Shown: positions 1 to 10,717, numbered from the stretch's first letter. The stretch is DNA of 64,000 nt from Acidimicrobiia bacterium (GCA_050741915.1 JBOGEX010000057.1:4856-68855); one strand, 5' to 3'. Notes: generated from the letters alone by a model not told the origin. Made by a program: numbers and translations.

Positions 1-26
1 CCGACGCCATCCCGCCAGGCTAAGGC

Positions 27-452
27 TCAGTTCTTGGCGGCTTGCGCCCGGAGGCTTTCCTCTCGCTCCCGAAGCTCGGGGGTGAGCTCGGCCCCGAAGT
101 CCTCGGACTCAAATATCGGGCGGATCTCGATCTCGCCCTCGCTAACTCCTTCCGGAGCCGGGCAGCGCTTGACCCATTCGATCGCCTCGTCGAGCGATTT
201 CACCTGCCAGACCCAGTAGCCCGCGATCAACTCCTTCGCCTCGGTAAAGGGGCCGTCGATCACGGTCGGCTTGCTGCCGGAGAAACGTACCCGGGCACCC
301 TTCGAGCTTGGGTGGAGCCCTTCGCCGTCCAGCATCACCCCGGCCTTCACCAGTTGCTCGTTGTAATCCATCATCTGGCCGATGAACTTCTCGTCAGGCA
401 GAACCCCGGCCTCACTGTCCTGGTCACCCTTGATCAGCACCATCACTCGCAT
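27..452 (-). CDS. YciI/DGPF-family (YCII-related) protein
   Basis: ORF 27..485 carries the motif DGPFTEAKELIAGYWVWQV. Start moved to the ATG at 452 (MRVMVLIKG) because AAGGAGGAG lies about 8 nt upstream. Confidence 0.75.
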   Translation of the reverse strand: MRVMVLIKGDQDSEAGVLPDEKFIGQMMDYNEQLVKAGVMLDGEGLHPSSKGARVRFSGSKPTVIDGPFTEAKELIAGYWVWQVKSLDEAIEWVKRCPAPEGVSEGEIEIRPIFESEDFGAELTPELREREESLRAQAAKN

Positions 453-548
453 GATCATCTCCTCCTTCTGGTTGGTTGTTCCCAAGCGTCGACTTACCTA
501 CACGTCGAACGGGAAAGGGCCAGATCGACATTTCGATGCACATTTTTT

Positions 549-600
549 GTGCTGTGGGCTGCAGAGGTTGTTGGACAGCCTCTACAACCCTGGGTTCGCA
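549..600 (-). repeat. Stop-proximal hairpin element, copy R1
   Basis: On the minus strand: tgcgaacccagggttg|tagaggctgtccaacaacctctg|cagcccacagcac. Starts 2 nt after the TAG of gene 602..955. Confidence 0.85.
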
Positions 601-601
601 G

Positions 602-955
602 CTAGCCGAGGACGCGATTTCCTTCGGCCACCAGGTCATCGATGTCGGCTCGGGTCTCCTCCGCCAGCACCCGCCGCACTCCCGGAGATACCGAATCGAG
701 CACCCGGATCATCTTCCTCAGAACTGACCTCTGGGCGTTCATTCGGGCCGCCTCCTCGGCCGGGGTGACCAGGTCGTCGACCACCGAACCCTGGCTCCGC
801 GAGGCGACCAAGGGATCTGACATTCCTCGCACCCACACCAGGGACCGCCGTCCCGGACCCCGGCCCTCAGTGATCGGCTCGACCGCGATGACATCGTCCG
901 AGCGAACGTATCTCCCATAGCCCAGCGCCACCAACTGACCAGATTGAACCCGCAT
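602..955 (-). CDS. Hypothetical protein, possibly DUF370/RemA-like
   Basis: 117-aa ORF starting 10 nt after the histidine kinase stop. It resembles RemA loosely by eye (VIAVEP...GRRSLVWV...SDPLVAS). No search was run. Confidence 0.4.
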   Translation of the reverse strand: MRVQSGQLVALGYGRYVRSDDVIAVEPITEGRGPGRRSLVWVRGMSDPLVASRSQGSVVDDLVTPAEEAARMNAQRSVLRKMIRVLDSVSPGVRRVLAEETRADIDDLVAEGNRVLG

Positions 956-964
956 ATCGGGAAC

Positions 965-3067
965 CTAGCTGACGGCGGTCTCCACGGCCCGGAGGTGATT
1001 CCGGTTTCGCTCGACAGCAGCGGTGGGAAGGGTCATCTCGAACACCGACCATTGCTCGCGCCGCTCGTAGACAAGGTCGCCACCCATCAGCTGGCTGAGC
1101 TTGCGAGCGACCGCCAGCCCCAAACCCATCGAGCCGGGAAGGGCCGGTCCCGAGCTTGATCGCACATACGGCCGGAAGATCTCGTTGACATCCTCGGGCG
1201 GTATCCCAGCGCCGTCGTCACAGAGGGCCAGAGTGGTGAAAAGCGAGTTCTGCTTTACGACCGCCCGCAGGTTGGGACCGCCATAACGCACGGCGTTGGT
1301 CAGGAGGTTCCTGAGCACCTGCCGGAGACGCATTGCGTCCGCCATCACCGGCTGGCTCGAGTCGAGGTCCAGCTCGATCTCGCGATCGCCCGGGAGGTAT
1401 AACTTGAGGCAGTCGGTCAGCTCCTGGTCGATGGCGATCGGCTCCCGATTGATAACGATCGACCCACCGGCGTCGGATCGACCGATGACGAGGAGATCCT
1501 GGACAATGTTGGCGAGCTCGCTCGCTTGGTCGGCAATGACGCCGATGAGATCGCGGACGACCTCGCCGCTGAACTCATCGAAAGAGGTTCTCAACTCTTG
1601 AGCCATTCCCACGATCACCGTCAAAGGGGTGCGCAGCTCATGAGAAACAGAGGTGACGAATTCGTCCTTGGAAGCCAGCAGGGCGGCCAGCTTCTCCTCG
1701 GTTCGTTTGCGCTCGGTGATGTCGACTGCGATCGCACCGAGTCCAATGGGGACTCCTTCTATATCGCGGATCCGTGTGATGGTGGCGAGGGCCGGAACTT
1801 CGGAACCGTCGGCTCCCTGCAGGGTCGTCTCACCCCGCCACGTTCCTTCGAAGGGAACGTCGAGGCCAAGCAGTGCCTGGCGGGCCTCATCGGTAACGAG
1901 GTCTAGTAAGCGAATACGACGCATCTGCTCCGGTCGAATGCCGAGGGCGGCAACTGCGTTGGCGTTGACGTAGATCAGGCGACCATCTAGATCAGCCGCC
2001 ACCACCATGGTCCGCACCTGGTCGAGGAGCGCGGCCTGGAACTCGATGCGCTGGACGACCGATCGCTTTTCGGAGACGTCCCGGATCACGGCCACATAGA
2101 GAGTCGCTCCCTTTTCGCGGGTGCGACCGATGGTGACTTCCAGCGGGACTTCATGACCCAACCGGTGCAGTCCGAAAAGCGAAAGATTGACCGTTTCCCG
2201 GGAGGTCCTGATGGAGCTCCGGTCGAGTGACGGTAGGACTCGATCGATGGAGGCACCGACTAGGTCTGTGGGTCGGAACCCGAGGATCGGGTCGAGTGCC
2301 CGGTTAGCAAACGCAACTCGTCCGCTGTCGTTGAAGGCGACGATGCCGTCGGTAGCGTTGTCCGTGACGACTCGGAGCCGACCTTCTTTCTCTATCAAAG
2401 TTTCGGCCAGTTGTTGGCGCGAACGGAGCAAACGAGTCGACGAGGAAATCAGCCAGATCATGGTCGGAAGGTGAATCGCCACCGCCAGCGCCGAGATGAC
2501 TAGCTGACGCTCGAGAGACCATGGTCCACCCGGATGCAGCACGGCCATGAAGACGGCAGCCGCGAAGAGGGACTCGGCGGAGACAACGAGTACTCCTGCT
2601 CGCCAGCCGTCCAGGGCCAGCACGCCCGCCACCACGATGTAACAAAGCCCAGGAATGAAGGCCCAGACCGGGGGGTCGCCGGCCACAAAGATTGCCGCCA
2701 ACCAGAAAAGATCGATGGCCAGGGAAATGACCAGGGATTTCTCGGGCCGGCTCTTTCGGTGTAATCCGTGGGCGGCAACCGCTAGTGAGAAGAGGGAGAG
2801 CTGCCAGCCCTCCCACCAGCCTGAAACGAACGCCAAGAAACCGAAACCGAAGGCGGCGATCAGCCCGCTAAGAGCGCGAGCGCCGTGGAACGACCCACCA
2901 ATTGCCACGCCCAGAGCAGGGCTGGGGGGACCCCAGGGCGTAGTGGACTTGGCCGCAACCACTCCGAGTACATCGGCAAAACCCGACTTGAACCTTACGA
3001 ATGGGGAAGCAACCAGGATCAGGAAAAACCTGCGATTTAGGACCCTTTTAGAGTCTTCGTTTACCAT
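965..3067 (-). CDS. Membrane-bound PAS-domain sensor histidine kinase
   Basis: Hydrophobic N-terminal third, PAS-like segments, H-box SHELRTPL, and a C-terminal HATPase region (DDGAGIP, GLGLAVA). Confidence 0.9.
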   Translation of the reverse strand: MVNEDSKRVLNRRFFLILVASPFVRFKSGFADVLGVVAAKSTTPWGPPSPALGVAIGGSFHGARALSGLIAAFGFGFLAFVSGWWEGWQLSLFSLAVAAHGLHRKSRPEKSLVISLAIDLFWLAAIFVAGDPPVWAFIPGLCYIVVAGVLALDGWRAGVLVVSAESLFAAAVFMAVLHPGGPWSLERQLVISALAVAIHLPTMIWLISSSTRLLRSRQQLAETLIEKEGRLRVVTDNATDGIVAFNDSGRVAFANRALDPILGFRPTDLVGASIDRVLPSLDRSSIRTSRETVNLSLFGLHRLGHEVPLEVTIGRTREKGATLYVAVIRDVSEKRSVVQRIEFQAALLDQVRTMVVAADLDGRLIYVNANAVAALGIRPEQMRRIRLLDLVTDEARQALLGLDVPFEGTWRGETTLQGADGSEVPALATITRIRDIEGVPIGLGAIAVDITERKRTEEKLAALLASKDEFVTSVSHELRTPLTVIVGMAQELRTSFDEFSGEVVRDLIGVIADQASELANIVQDLLVIGRSDAGGSIVINREPIAIDQELTDCLKLYLPGDREIELDLDSSQPVMADAMRLRQVLRNLLTNAVRYGGPNLRAVVKQNSLFTTLALCDDGAGIPPEDVNEIFRPYVRSSSGPALPGSMGLGLAVARKLSQLMGGDLVYERREQWSVFEMTLPTAAVERNRNHLRAVETAVS

Positions 3068-3127
3068 CGACTACTGGCGCGGCCCCGAGATGAGCCGCCA
3101 AGTGACTCAGTTGGAGGATTCAAAAGG

Positions 3128-4273
3128 ATGCGAAAGTTGGTTGCCGTCGCGCTCGCCGGTCTGCTATTGGCCACAGTCTTGACCCCTGCCGCCGCCCAGA
3201 CCACCGGCTTGTCCTTGAGCACGCCGTACCCTGGCCTAACCGTCGAACCCGGGGACACGGCCGGTTTCGATCTCTCGCTCTCAGCCGACTCGACCGCCGC
3301 CGTGAATCTGGCGGTCGATAGCGTCCCCGACGGTTGGACAGCAACTTTCCGGGGGGCCGGCTTTGTCATCAACCAGGTCACGGTCGGACCCGAACTGGCC
3401 CCCGAACTTCGACTCGATGTGATCGTTCCGACCGGGACCGCCGACGGCGATTACCCCATGACGATCAATGCCAGCGGGGGCGGAGTCACAACCAGCCTCC
3501 CGGTAACCGTGACGGTCCAGGGAGGGGCCCGCGGGTCCGTCGCTCTGGCTCCTGAGTTCCCGGGGCTGCGCGGTCCGGCCAGCTCGACCTTCACTTTTAA
3601 TGTCGACGTCAGGAACGACACCCCATCGGAGGTTCAGCTTGAATTAGCGGCCGAGGGTCCCATCGGCTGGACCGTCGACGCTCGACCGCAGGCGGCATCC
3701 CAGGCCTCATCGATCACTGTCGAGTCCGCTGCCACGGGCAGGGTGACCGTCACCGCCACGCCCCCGAGCACTGTCGCAGCCGGGCTGTACGACTTGCGGG
3801 TCACTGCCCGCGGCGGTGGCGTCGATGCCGAAGCCGCCCTCCAGGTACAGATCACTGGCAGCTTCGCGATGGAGTTGACTACTCCCGATCAGCGGCTCAA
3901 TGCGGACGTCACCGCTGGGAGCCCCGCTCAGTTCCCGCTGGTGATCTTGAATACAGGCTCGGCCGACCTCGCCAACGTCACTCTCTCTGCCACTCCCCCG
4001 GCCGGTTGGGATGTGACGTTTGACTCGGAGAGCATCACCACCGTTCCTGCCGGTGACTTCGCCCAGGTAACCGCCACGATCACTCCCTCGACCGAAGCGA
4101 TCGCCGGTGACTACTCGATCACGTTCCGCGCTACCACCGACGAGGCCGATGCCTCGATGGATGTGCGCAGCACCGTGAGTCCCTCCGCCTTTGGCGGCCT
4201 GGTCGGAATCGGGTTGATCGTTTTGACCCTGGCGGCGTTGGCCTGGGTCTTCAGGCGCTTCGGCCGGAGATAG
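3128..4273 (+). CDS. Secreted, C-terminally anchored protein with three NEW3/CARDB-like repeats (COG1470-like)
   Basis: Signal peptide MRKLVAVALAGLLLATVLTPAAAQ. The pattern ...GW(T/D)(A/V)(T/D)(F/A) repeats three times. C-terminal TM GLVGIGLIVLTLAALAWVF. Lies directly upstream of the ABC ATPase and permease. Confidence 0.75.
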   Translation: MRKLVAVALAGLLLATVLTPAAAQTTGLSLSTPYPGLTVEPGDTAGFDLSLSADSTAAVNLAVDSVPDGWTATFRGAGFVINQVTVGPELAPELRLDVIVPTGTADGDYPMTINASGGGVTTSLPVTVTVQGGARGSVALAPEFPGLRGPASSTFTFNVDVRNDTPSEVQLELAAEGPIGWTVDARPQAASQASSITVESAATGRVTVTATPPSTVAAGLYDLRVTARGGGVDAEAALQVQITGSFAMELTTPDQRLNADVTAGSPAQFPLVILNTGSADLANVTLSATPPAGWDVTFDSESITTVPAGDFAQVTATITPSTEAIAGDYSITFRATTDEADASMDVRSTVSPSAFGGLVGIGLIVLTLAALAWVFRRFGRR

Positions 4274-4275
4274 CT

Positions 4276-5238
4276 TTGACCCACACGAAGACGGGCGCGG
4301 CCACCACCGTCGTCACTCACCAGCTGACGAAGGACTACGGTGAGGCAAGGGTCGTGGACCATCTCGACCTCAAGCTCAAAGCAGGTGAGATTTTCGGTCT
4401 GCTGGGCCCGAACGGGGCCGGCAAAACCACGACCATTCTGATGCTTTTGGGCCTGGTCGAGCCGACCGCCGGCCGTATCGAGGTGCTGGGTCTCGATCCC
4501 TCCCGTCACCCGCTCACGGTCAAACGACGGGTCGGTTATCTGCCAGACGCGGTGGGTTTCTACGACGGCCTGACCGGTCGGGAAAACCTCTCTTTCACCG
4601 CCCAACTCAATCGACTGGGGAATGGTGATGTTCGCATCGACGAGTTACTCGTCGAGGTAGGGCTGGCCGAAGCCCGGGATCAGAAGGCCGGGACTTACTC
4701 CCGCGGCATGAAACAGCGGCTCGGCATCGCTGACGCCTTGTTGAAAGAGCCCGACATTCTCATCCTCGATGAGCCCACCACTGCCATCGACCCCGAAGGA
4801 GTGGCCGAGATCCTGACCATGATCAGGCGGTTGGCCGAGGAACGCGGCGTAACGGTTTTGCTATCGAGCCACCTCCTCCACCAGGTACAAGCCATTTGTG
4901 ACCGGGTTGCGATCTTCGTACGAGGAAAGGTCGTCGCTCAGGGCGCCCCCAATGAGCTCGCTTCCCGAGGGGGCGGGCCCGAGGAGGTGGAGTTCAACAC
5001 CCCTTCCCCCGACGACAAGGTACGGGCTGCCCTCGGGCAAGCTGGCTTTGTGAATAAGCTCGAAACGGCCCGGATCCGCGGCAACTATGTCGCTCGCATC
5101 GACCGCGGTTCGACCAACAAGCTCGTCTCCGCCCTGGTCAATGGAGGCGTGCAACTCGACGGTATCCGCCGGACCTCCGATGATCTCGACGAGGTGTATC
5201 GGCGCTATTTCCATCAGGATGACCAGACTCGTGACTGA
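4276..5238 (+). CDS. ABC transporter ATP-binding protein
   Basis: Walker A GPNGAGKTT, signature YSRGMKQRL, Walker B ILILDEP. TTG start 2 nt after the upstream stop. Confidence 0.92.
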   Translation: MTHTKTGAATTVVTHQLTKDYGEARVVDHLDLKLKAGEIFGLLGPNGAGKTTTILMLLGLVEPTAGRIEVLGLDPSRHPLTVKRRVGYLPDAVGFYDGLTGRENLSFTAQLNRLGNGDVRIDELLVEVGLAEARDQKAGTYSRGMKQRLGIADALLKEPDILILDEPTTAIDPEGVAEILTMIRRLAEERGVTVLLSSHLLHQVQAICDRVAIFVRGKVVAQGAPNELASRGGGPEEVEFNTPSPDDKVRAALGQAGFVNKLETARIRGNYVARIDRGSTNKLVSALVNGGVQLDGIRRTSDDLDEVYRRYFHQDDQTRD

Positions 5239-6196
5239 AGCAACCACACTTCGCACCAATGAGGGATTTGGCAGCGGCTGGCGAGTTGTGGCCCGCAAGG
5301 AGTTTGCCGATCACCTTCTTTCGGGTCGCTTTCTGGTGCTCACCGCTGTCCTGGCGGTGGCGGCGGCAGGGGCGGTGTTCGCCGCCTCCGGGGGAATCCG
5401 GTCGGTGGCCTTTGATACCGCCGGGGTCCCTGCCCTCTTCTTGAAGCTGTTCACCGTTACCACCGACCCCGTTCCATTCCCCCTGGTCGTGTTTGTCGGC
5501 TTTCTCGCTCCCCTCCTTGGCATCATGTTCGGATTCGACGCGATCAGCGGCGAACGGTCCCAGGGCACTCTTCCCCGCCTCCTCGCCCAACCGATTCACC
5601 GCGATGAGGTGATCCTCGGAAAGTTCGTCGGTGGTTTGGCGGTGGTGGCGTTGATGCTTGCCGCGCTCACGCTTTTCGTTTCCGGGATCGGGATCTTCCG
5701 TCTGGGGTTGTTTCCCGAGCCGACTGAGATCGTCCGTCTCTTCGTCTGGCTGGTGGTGGCCATCATCTACGTGGGCTTCTGGCAGGCCCTCGCCACGCTG
5801 ACATCGGTGCTGGTGCCGAGGGCAGCCACCTCGGCCATGATCGCGGTGGGCGTCTGGCTGGTGTTGACCCTCTTCGGCAGCTTTATCTTCCGCGCCGCCG
5901 CCTCCGTCCTGGCCAACCCCGAGGACCAGGTTTCGAGCATCAGGGCAGAGTTGATGTTGTCGCGCTTGTCGCCCTACACCCTCTACAGCGAAACCTCGAC
6001 GGTGCTCTTGGACCCAACCGAAAGGGCGACCGGGCTCTTGACGGCACAGCAGGTCGATCGAGCGATTGTGTCGAACCTTTCGTTGACCCAAAGTCTGTCC
6101 GTGGTGTGGCCGCAGGTGGTGGGGCTTTTGGCACTGACCGCAGCGCTCTTTGCGGTTGCCTATGTGGCCTTTATGCGCCAGGAAGTTCGCGCGTAG
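5219..6196 (+). CDS. ABC-2 type transporter permease
   Basis: Multi-TM protein. ORF 5087..6196 trimmed to the ATG at 5219 (MTRLVTEATT), which overlaps the ATPase end by 20 nt. Confidence 0.8.
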   Translation: MTRLVTEATTLRTNEGFGSGWRVVARKEFADHLLSGRFLVLTAVLAVAAAGAVFAASGGIRSVAFDTAGVPALFLKLFTVTTDPVPFPLVVFVGFLAPLLGIMFGFDAISGERSQGTLPRLLAQPIHRDEVILGKFVGGLAVVALMLAALTLFVSGIGIFRLGLFPEPTEIVRLFVWLVVAIIYVGFWQALATLTSVLVPRAATSAMIAVGVWLVLTLFGSFIFRAAASVLANPEDQVSSIRAELMLSRLSPYTLYSETSTVLLDPTERATGLLTAQQVDRAIVSNLSLTQSLSVVWPQVVGLLALTAALFAVAYVAFMRQEVRA

Positions 6197-6277
6197 TTCG
6201 AGCCGTCACGGAGGGGTTACACTCGCTCCCTACTTGATGACGCAGTCAGCCGTAGTCCGCGCTCTCTCTAGCTGCAT

Positions 6278-6393
6278 GTGTTGTCGACGCTCTCGGGTGG
6301 CCAACCCGAGCGTCGGCAACTGACTACCCCGCGCTCACAACACTGCCCTTCACCCGAGAGCCTGAGTCGTCTCGGCGGTGTCGATTCGTTTTT
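6278..6393 (+). ncRNA. Candidate structured 5' leader (SAM-IV-like riboswitch candidate) of osmC-metY-metX
   Basis: P1-like pairing GTGTTGT (6278-6284) with ACAACAC (6337-6343). This encloses an 11-bp bulged hairpin CGACGCTCTCGGGT-GGCCA-ACCCGAGCGTCG followed by GGCAAC. Downstream hairpin CCGAGA/TCTCGG (6354-6375) and a T5 run at 6389-6393. Confidence 0.3.
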
Positions 6394-6417
6394 CAACCTC
6401 ACCGAAAGGGAAGCAAC

Positions 6418-6933
6418 GTGACAACCATCACGAAAATCAATCAGGTCGATATCGAAACCGTAGGTGCCCTAGTGGCCTCAATTCAGGATGATCCCGGAAA
6501 GGCTGACACCACCTGGAAGGCCGAGGCTCGGTGGCAAAAGGGGTTCCGAGTCGATACCACCTCGCGGGAGTTCACCCCGGTCGCCTACGACGAACCGCCG
6601 GCCCTAGGAGGGACGAACCTCGCCCCTAACCCCGTCGAGCAGATTCTTGGCGCCTTCGGTGCCTGCTTGGCGATTGGCTACGCCGCCAATGCCTCGACGG
6701 CAGGAATCACCATCGACGATCTCCGCATTGAGCTCGAAGGCGATCTCAATCTTCACACCTTCCTCGGATTGGACGACGGCCACGCTGGCTTCTCGCAGGT
6801 CCGCGCCACCGTTCATCTCCAGTCGGGGGCAGACCCGGAAGCAATTGCCGCCCTCCACCAGAAAGTGGTGACGACCTCACCGGTCGGACACACCCTCACT
6901 GGCACGGTGGCGGTTACCGTCGATTTGGCTTGA
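6418..6933 (+). CDS. OsmC-family peroxiredoxin-like protein
   Basis: 171 aa with a GTG start. OsmC-like pattern including PNPVEQILGAFGACL. Confidence 0.8.
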   Translation: MTTITKINQVDIETVGALVASIQDDPGKADTTWKAEARWQKGFRVDTTSREFTPVAYDEPPALGGTNLAPNPVEQILGAFGACLAIGYAANASTAGITIDDLRIELEGDLNLHTFLGLDDGHAGFSQVRATVHLQSGADPEAIAALHQKVVTTSPVGHTLTGTVAVTVDLA

Positions 6934-8250
<1,317 letters not shown>

Positions 8251-8254
8251 GGCG

Positions 8255-9379
8255 ATGACCAGCCCGGGGTCGGGAGCGAAGGCCGAGACCAAGTTCTTCG
8301 ACCTGCCCGCATTCAAGATGCGGAGCGGGGATCTCCTGCCCCGGGTTCGCCTCGCCTATGAGCTGTATGGCGAGATCAATCCGGCCGGCGACAATCTGAT
8401 CCTGCTTTTCCATGCCCTGACCGGAAGCCAGCATGCGGCGGGGTTCACTGCTGCGGTGGAAGGGGTCGAGCGCTGGGTCGAGGAGAACCAGACGGGATGG
8501 TGGGAGGGCTTTGTCGGGAAGGGCATGGCCGTCGATACCGATCGCTTGGCCGTGCTCTGTGTCAACTATCTCGGTGGCTGCTATGGCACCACCGGGCCTC
8601 CATCGATCAACGACGACACTGGCCTCCGATATGGGCCTGATTTCCCTCCGGTCCATCTGGCCGACATCGTCGATACGCAGTTACCTCTCCTCGATCACCT
8701 CGGGGTGCGGGCAGTACGGGCGGTGGCGGGAGCGTCCGTGGGCGCCTTGCTTTCGCTCTCTCTGGCGGCGCGTTATCCCGACCGAGTGCGAAGTGTCATC
8801 GCCCTCGCCGGCGGTCTCGGGGCCACGACTCTCCATCGCATGCTCAACTTCGAGCAGAAGTTAGCGATCCTCAATGACCCCAACTTTGCCGGCGGTCACT
8901 ATTACGACGGCGAGTTTCCATCAGGTGGGCTGGCACTGGCTCGGATCATCAGTCATAAAGCCTTTGTTTCCATCGATGCGATTCGTTCCCGGGCTGGCGC
9001 GGAGGTGATCGATCATCCCTACGTCACTCATCCGGTCGAGAGCTATTTCTGGCACCAGGGGGAGAAGCTCGTCATCCGCTTCGACCCCAACAGCTATCTG
9101 CGGATCATCGATGCCTGGTCGAACTACGACCTGCTGTCCGATACGGGCGCAGCCAGGTACGAGGACGCACTGGCAGCGTGTCGTGACCAGCAGTGGCACG
9201 TGTTCACGATCGACACCGATGCCTGCTTCTACCCCGATGAACAGCGGCAGTTGGTGGAGGCCTTATGGGCGGCGGGGGTTGAGGTGCAGTGGACCAAGGT
9301 CTCGTCGCGAAAGGGCCATGACGCGTTTCTGACCGAACCTGCGCTCTTCGACGAGGCCCTGCGCCAAGCGCTCGCTTAG
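8255..9379 (+). CDS. metX: Homoserine O-acetyltransferase
   Basis: N-terminal pattern F..L..F.M.SG..L....LAYELYGE.N..GDN.IL..HALTGS.H and an alpha/beta hydrolase core GASVGA. Confidence 0.9.
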   Translation: MTSPGSGAKAETKFFDLPAFKMRSGDLLPRVRLAYELYGEINPAGDNLILLFHALTGSQHAAGFTAAVEGVERWVEENQTGWWEGFVGKGMAVDTDRLAVLCVNYLGGCYGTTGPPSINDDTGLRYGPDFPPVHLADIVDTQLPLLDHLGVRAVRAVAGASVGALLSLSLAARYPDRVRSVIALAGGLGATTLHRMLNFEQKLAILNDPNFAGGHYYDGEFPSGGLALARIISHKAFVSIDAIRSRAGAEVIDHPYVTHPVESYFWHQGEKLVIRFDPNSYLRIIDAWSNYDLLSDTGAARYEDALAACRDQQWHVFTIDTDACFYPDEQRQLVEALWAAGVEVQWTKVSSRKGHDAFLTEPALFDEALRQALA

Positions 9380-9570
9380 CCCCCCTCCCCCCTCCCGGCT
9401 TCTGTTTCTCCCCCCAAGGAACGTTCCCCCTCCCCGGCTGCGCCGGTACGACGAGGGGAAAACAGTGAGCGTTGGGGGGAGTACCCCCTAAGGGGGGGTT
9501 TCTCGCGCAGTGAGCGGTCTGCTTCACCCCCCTCCCGGCTTCGCCGGCTCTCCCCCCTGCGGGGGGAGAA
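9380..9570. repeat. C/G-tract modular repeat element, copy A
   Basis: Shares modules with 61174-61310. The string ccccctccccggctgcgccggtac is identical in both copies. cccggcttctgtttctcccc matches ccccggctgctgtttctccc, agcgttggggggagt matches agcgctggggggagt, and ctcccccctgcgggg matches ctcccccctgcggga. Contains the hairpins CTCCCCCC-TGC-GGGGGGAG and CCGGC-TTC-GCCGG. Confidence 0.85.
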
Positions 9571-10717
9571 ACGCGGGGATACCCGTGATGGCCTGGCCGA
9601 GGATGAGGGTGTGGATTTCGTTGGTTCCCTCATACGTGGAGACCGTTTCCAGGTTGGCCATATGCCGGATCACCGGGTACTCGAGCGTGATCCCATTGGC
9701 ACCGAGGACGGAGCGAGCAGAGCGAGCGACTTCGAGTGCGTTGCGGACGTTGTCGAGCTTGCCAAAACTCACCTGCTCCGGACTCAATCGGCCTTCATCC
9801 TTCATCCGACCGAGGTGGAGAGCAAGCAAAGTGCCGCGGTTGACGATCACCATCATCTCCACCAGCTTCCGCTGGGTGAGCTGGAACGAGGCGATCGGCC
9901 CGCCAAACTGCTCGCGTTCCTTCGCATACTCCAGCGCCGATTCGTAACACGCTCGGGCGGCGCCCATCACTCCGAAGAGAATTCCGAAGCGTGCTTCGCT
10001 CAGACAGGAGAGCGGTCCCCGCATCGAAGAAACGCCGGGTAGGACGAACTCGTCTGGGATGCGAACCTCCTCCAGCACCAACTCGGAGGTGACCGAAGCC
10101 CGCAGCGAGACCTTGCGATGGATCACATTGGCGGTGAAACCATTCGTGTCAGTGGGGACGATGAAGCCTCTGATCCCGCCTTCGGTTCGAGCCCAGATGA
10201 TGGCGATGTCGGCGACGTTGCCGTTGGTGATCCACATCTTGGTTCCGTTCAACACCCAATCTGATCCATCCTTGTGGGCGGCGGTCCTCATCGACGACGG
10301 GTCGGATCCGGAGTCAGGTTCGGTCAGGCCGAAGCAGCCAAGAACATCACCCGCGGCCATCTGTGGCAGCCATTCCTGTTTCTGCTCCTCGGAGCCAAAT
10401 CTCCAGATCGGGAACATGGCCAGCGACCCCTGGACCGAGACGAAGCTGCGGGTGCCCGAGTCGCCCGCCTCCAACTCCAGGCAGGCCAAACCGTAAGCGG
10501 TAGCGCTGGTTCCGGCGCATCCATAACCCTCGAGGTGCATCCCCAGCAATCCGAGCTTGCCCATGTCCTTGGCGATTTCATGGGGAAAGGTGCCTTGCTC
10601 CCACCAGTCAGCCACCTCGGGAAGAATTCTCTCTTCGGTGAATTGACGGACCGTGCTGCGGAGGAGCTTCTCCTCGTCGGTGAGGAGCATGTCGAGGTCG
10701 AGGAAGTCAGAGGACAT
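9524..10717 (-). CDS. Acyl-CoA dehydrogenase (glutaryl-CoA dehydrogenase-like)
   Basis: GCFGLTEPDSGSD and TYEGTNEIHTLILGQAITGI. The last ~14 aa (LPPQGGEPAKPGGG) are encoded by repeat copy A. Confidence 0.88.
   Translation of the reverse strand: MSSDFLDLDMLLTDEEKLLRSTVRQFTEERILPEVADWWEQGTFPHEIAKDMGKLGLLGMHLEGYGCAGTSATAYGLACLELEAGDSGTRSFVSVQGSLAMFPIWRFGSEEQKQEWLPQMAAGDVLGCFGLTEPDSGSDPSSMRTAAHKDGSDWVLNGTKMWITNGNVADIAIIWARTEGGIRGFIVPTDTNGFTANVIHRKVSLRASVTSELVLEEVRIPDEFVLPGVSSMRGPLSCLSEARFGILFGVMGAARACYESALEYAKEREQFGGPIASFQLTQRKLVEMMVIVNRGTLLALHLGRMKDEGRLSPEQVSFGKLDNVRNALEVARSARSVLGANGITLEYPVIRHMANLETVSTYEGTNEIHTLILGQAITGIPAFLPPQGGEPAKPGGG

Noticed and set aside
9380-9570. Reading the repeated CCCCTCCCGGCT units as a mini-CRISPR array.
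   Set aside because: The units are irregularly spaced, differ in length, have no unique spacers, and recur as the same composite element at 61174-61310. No cas genes are present.
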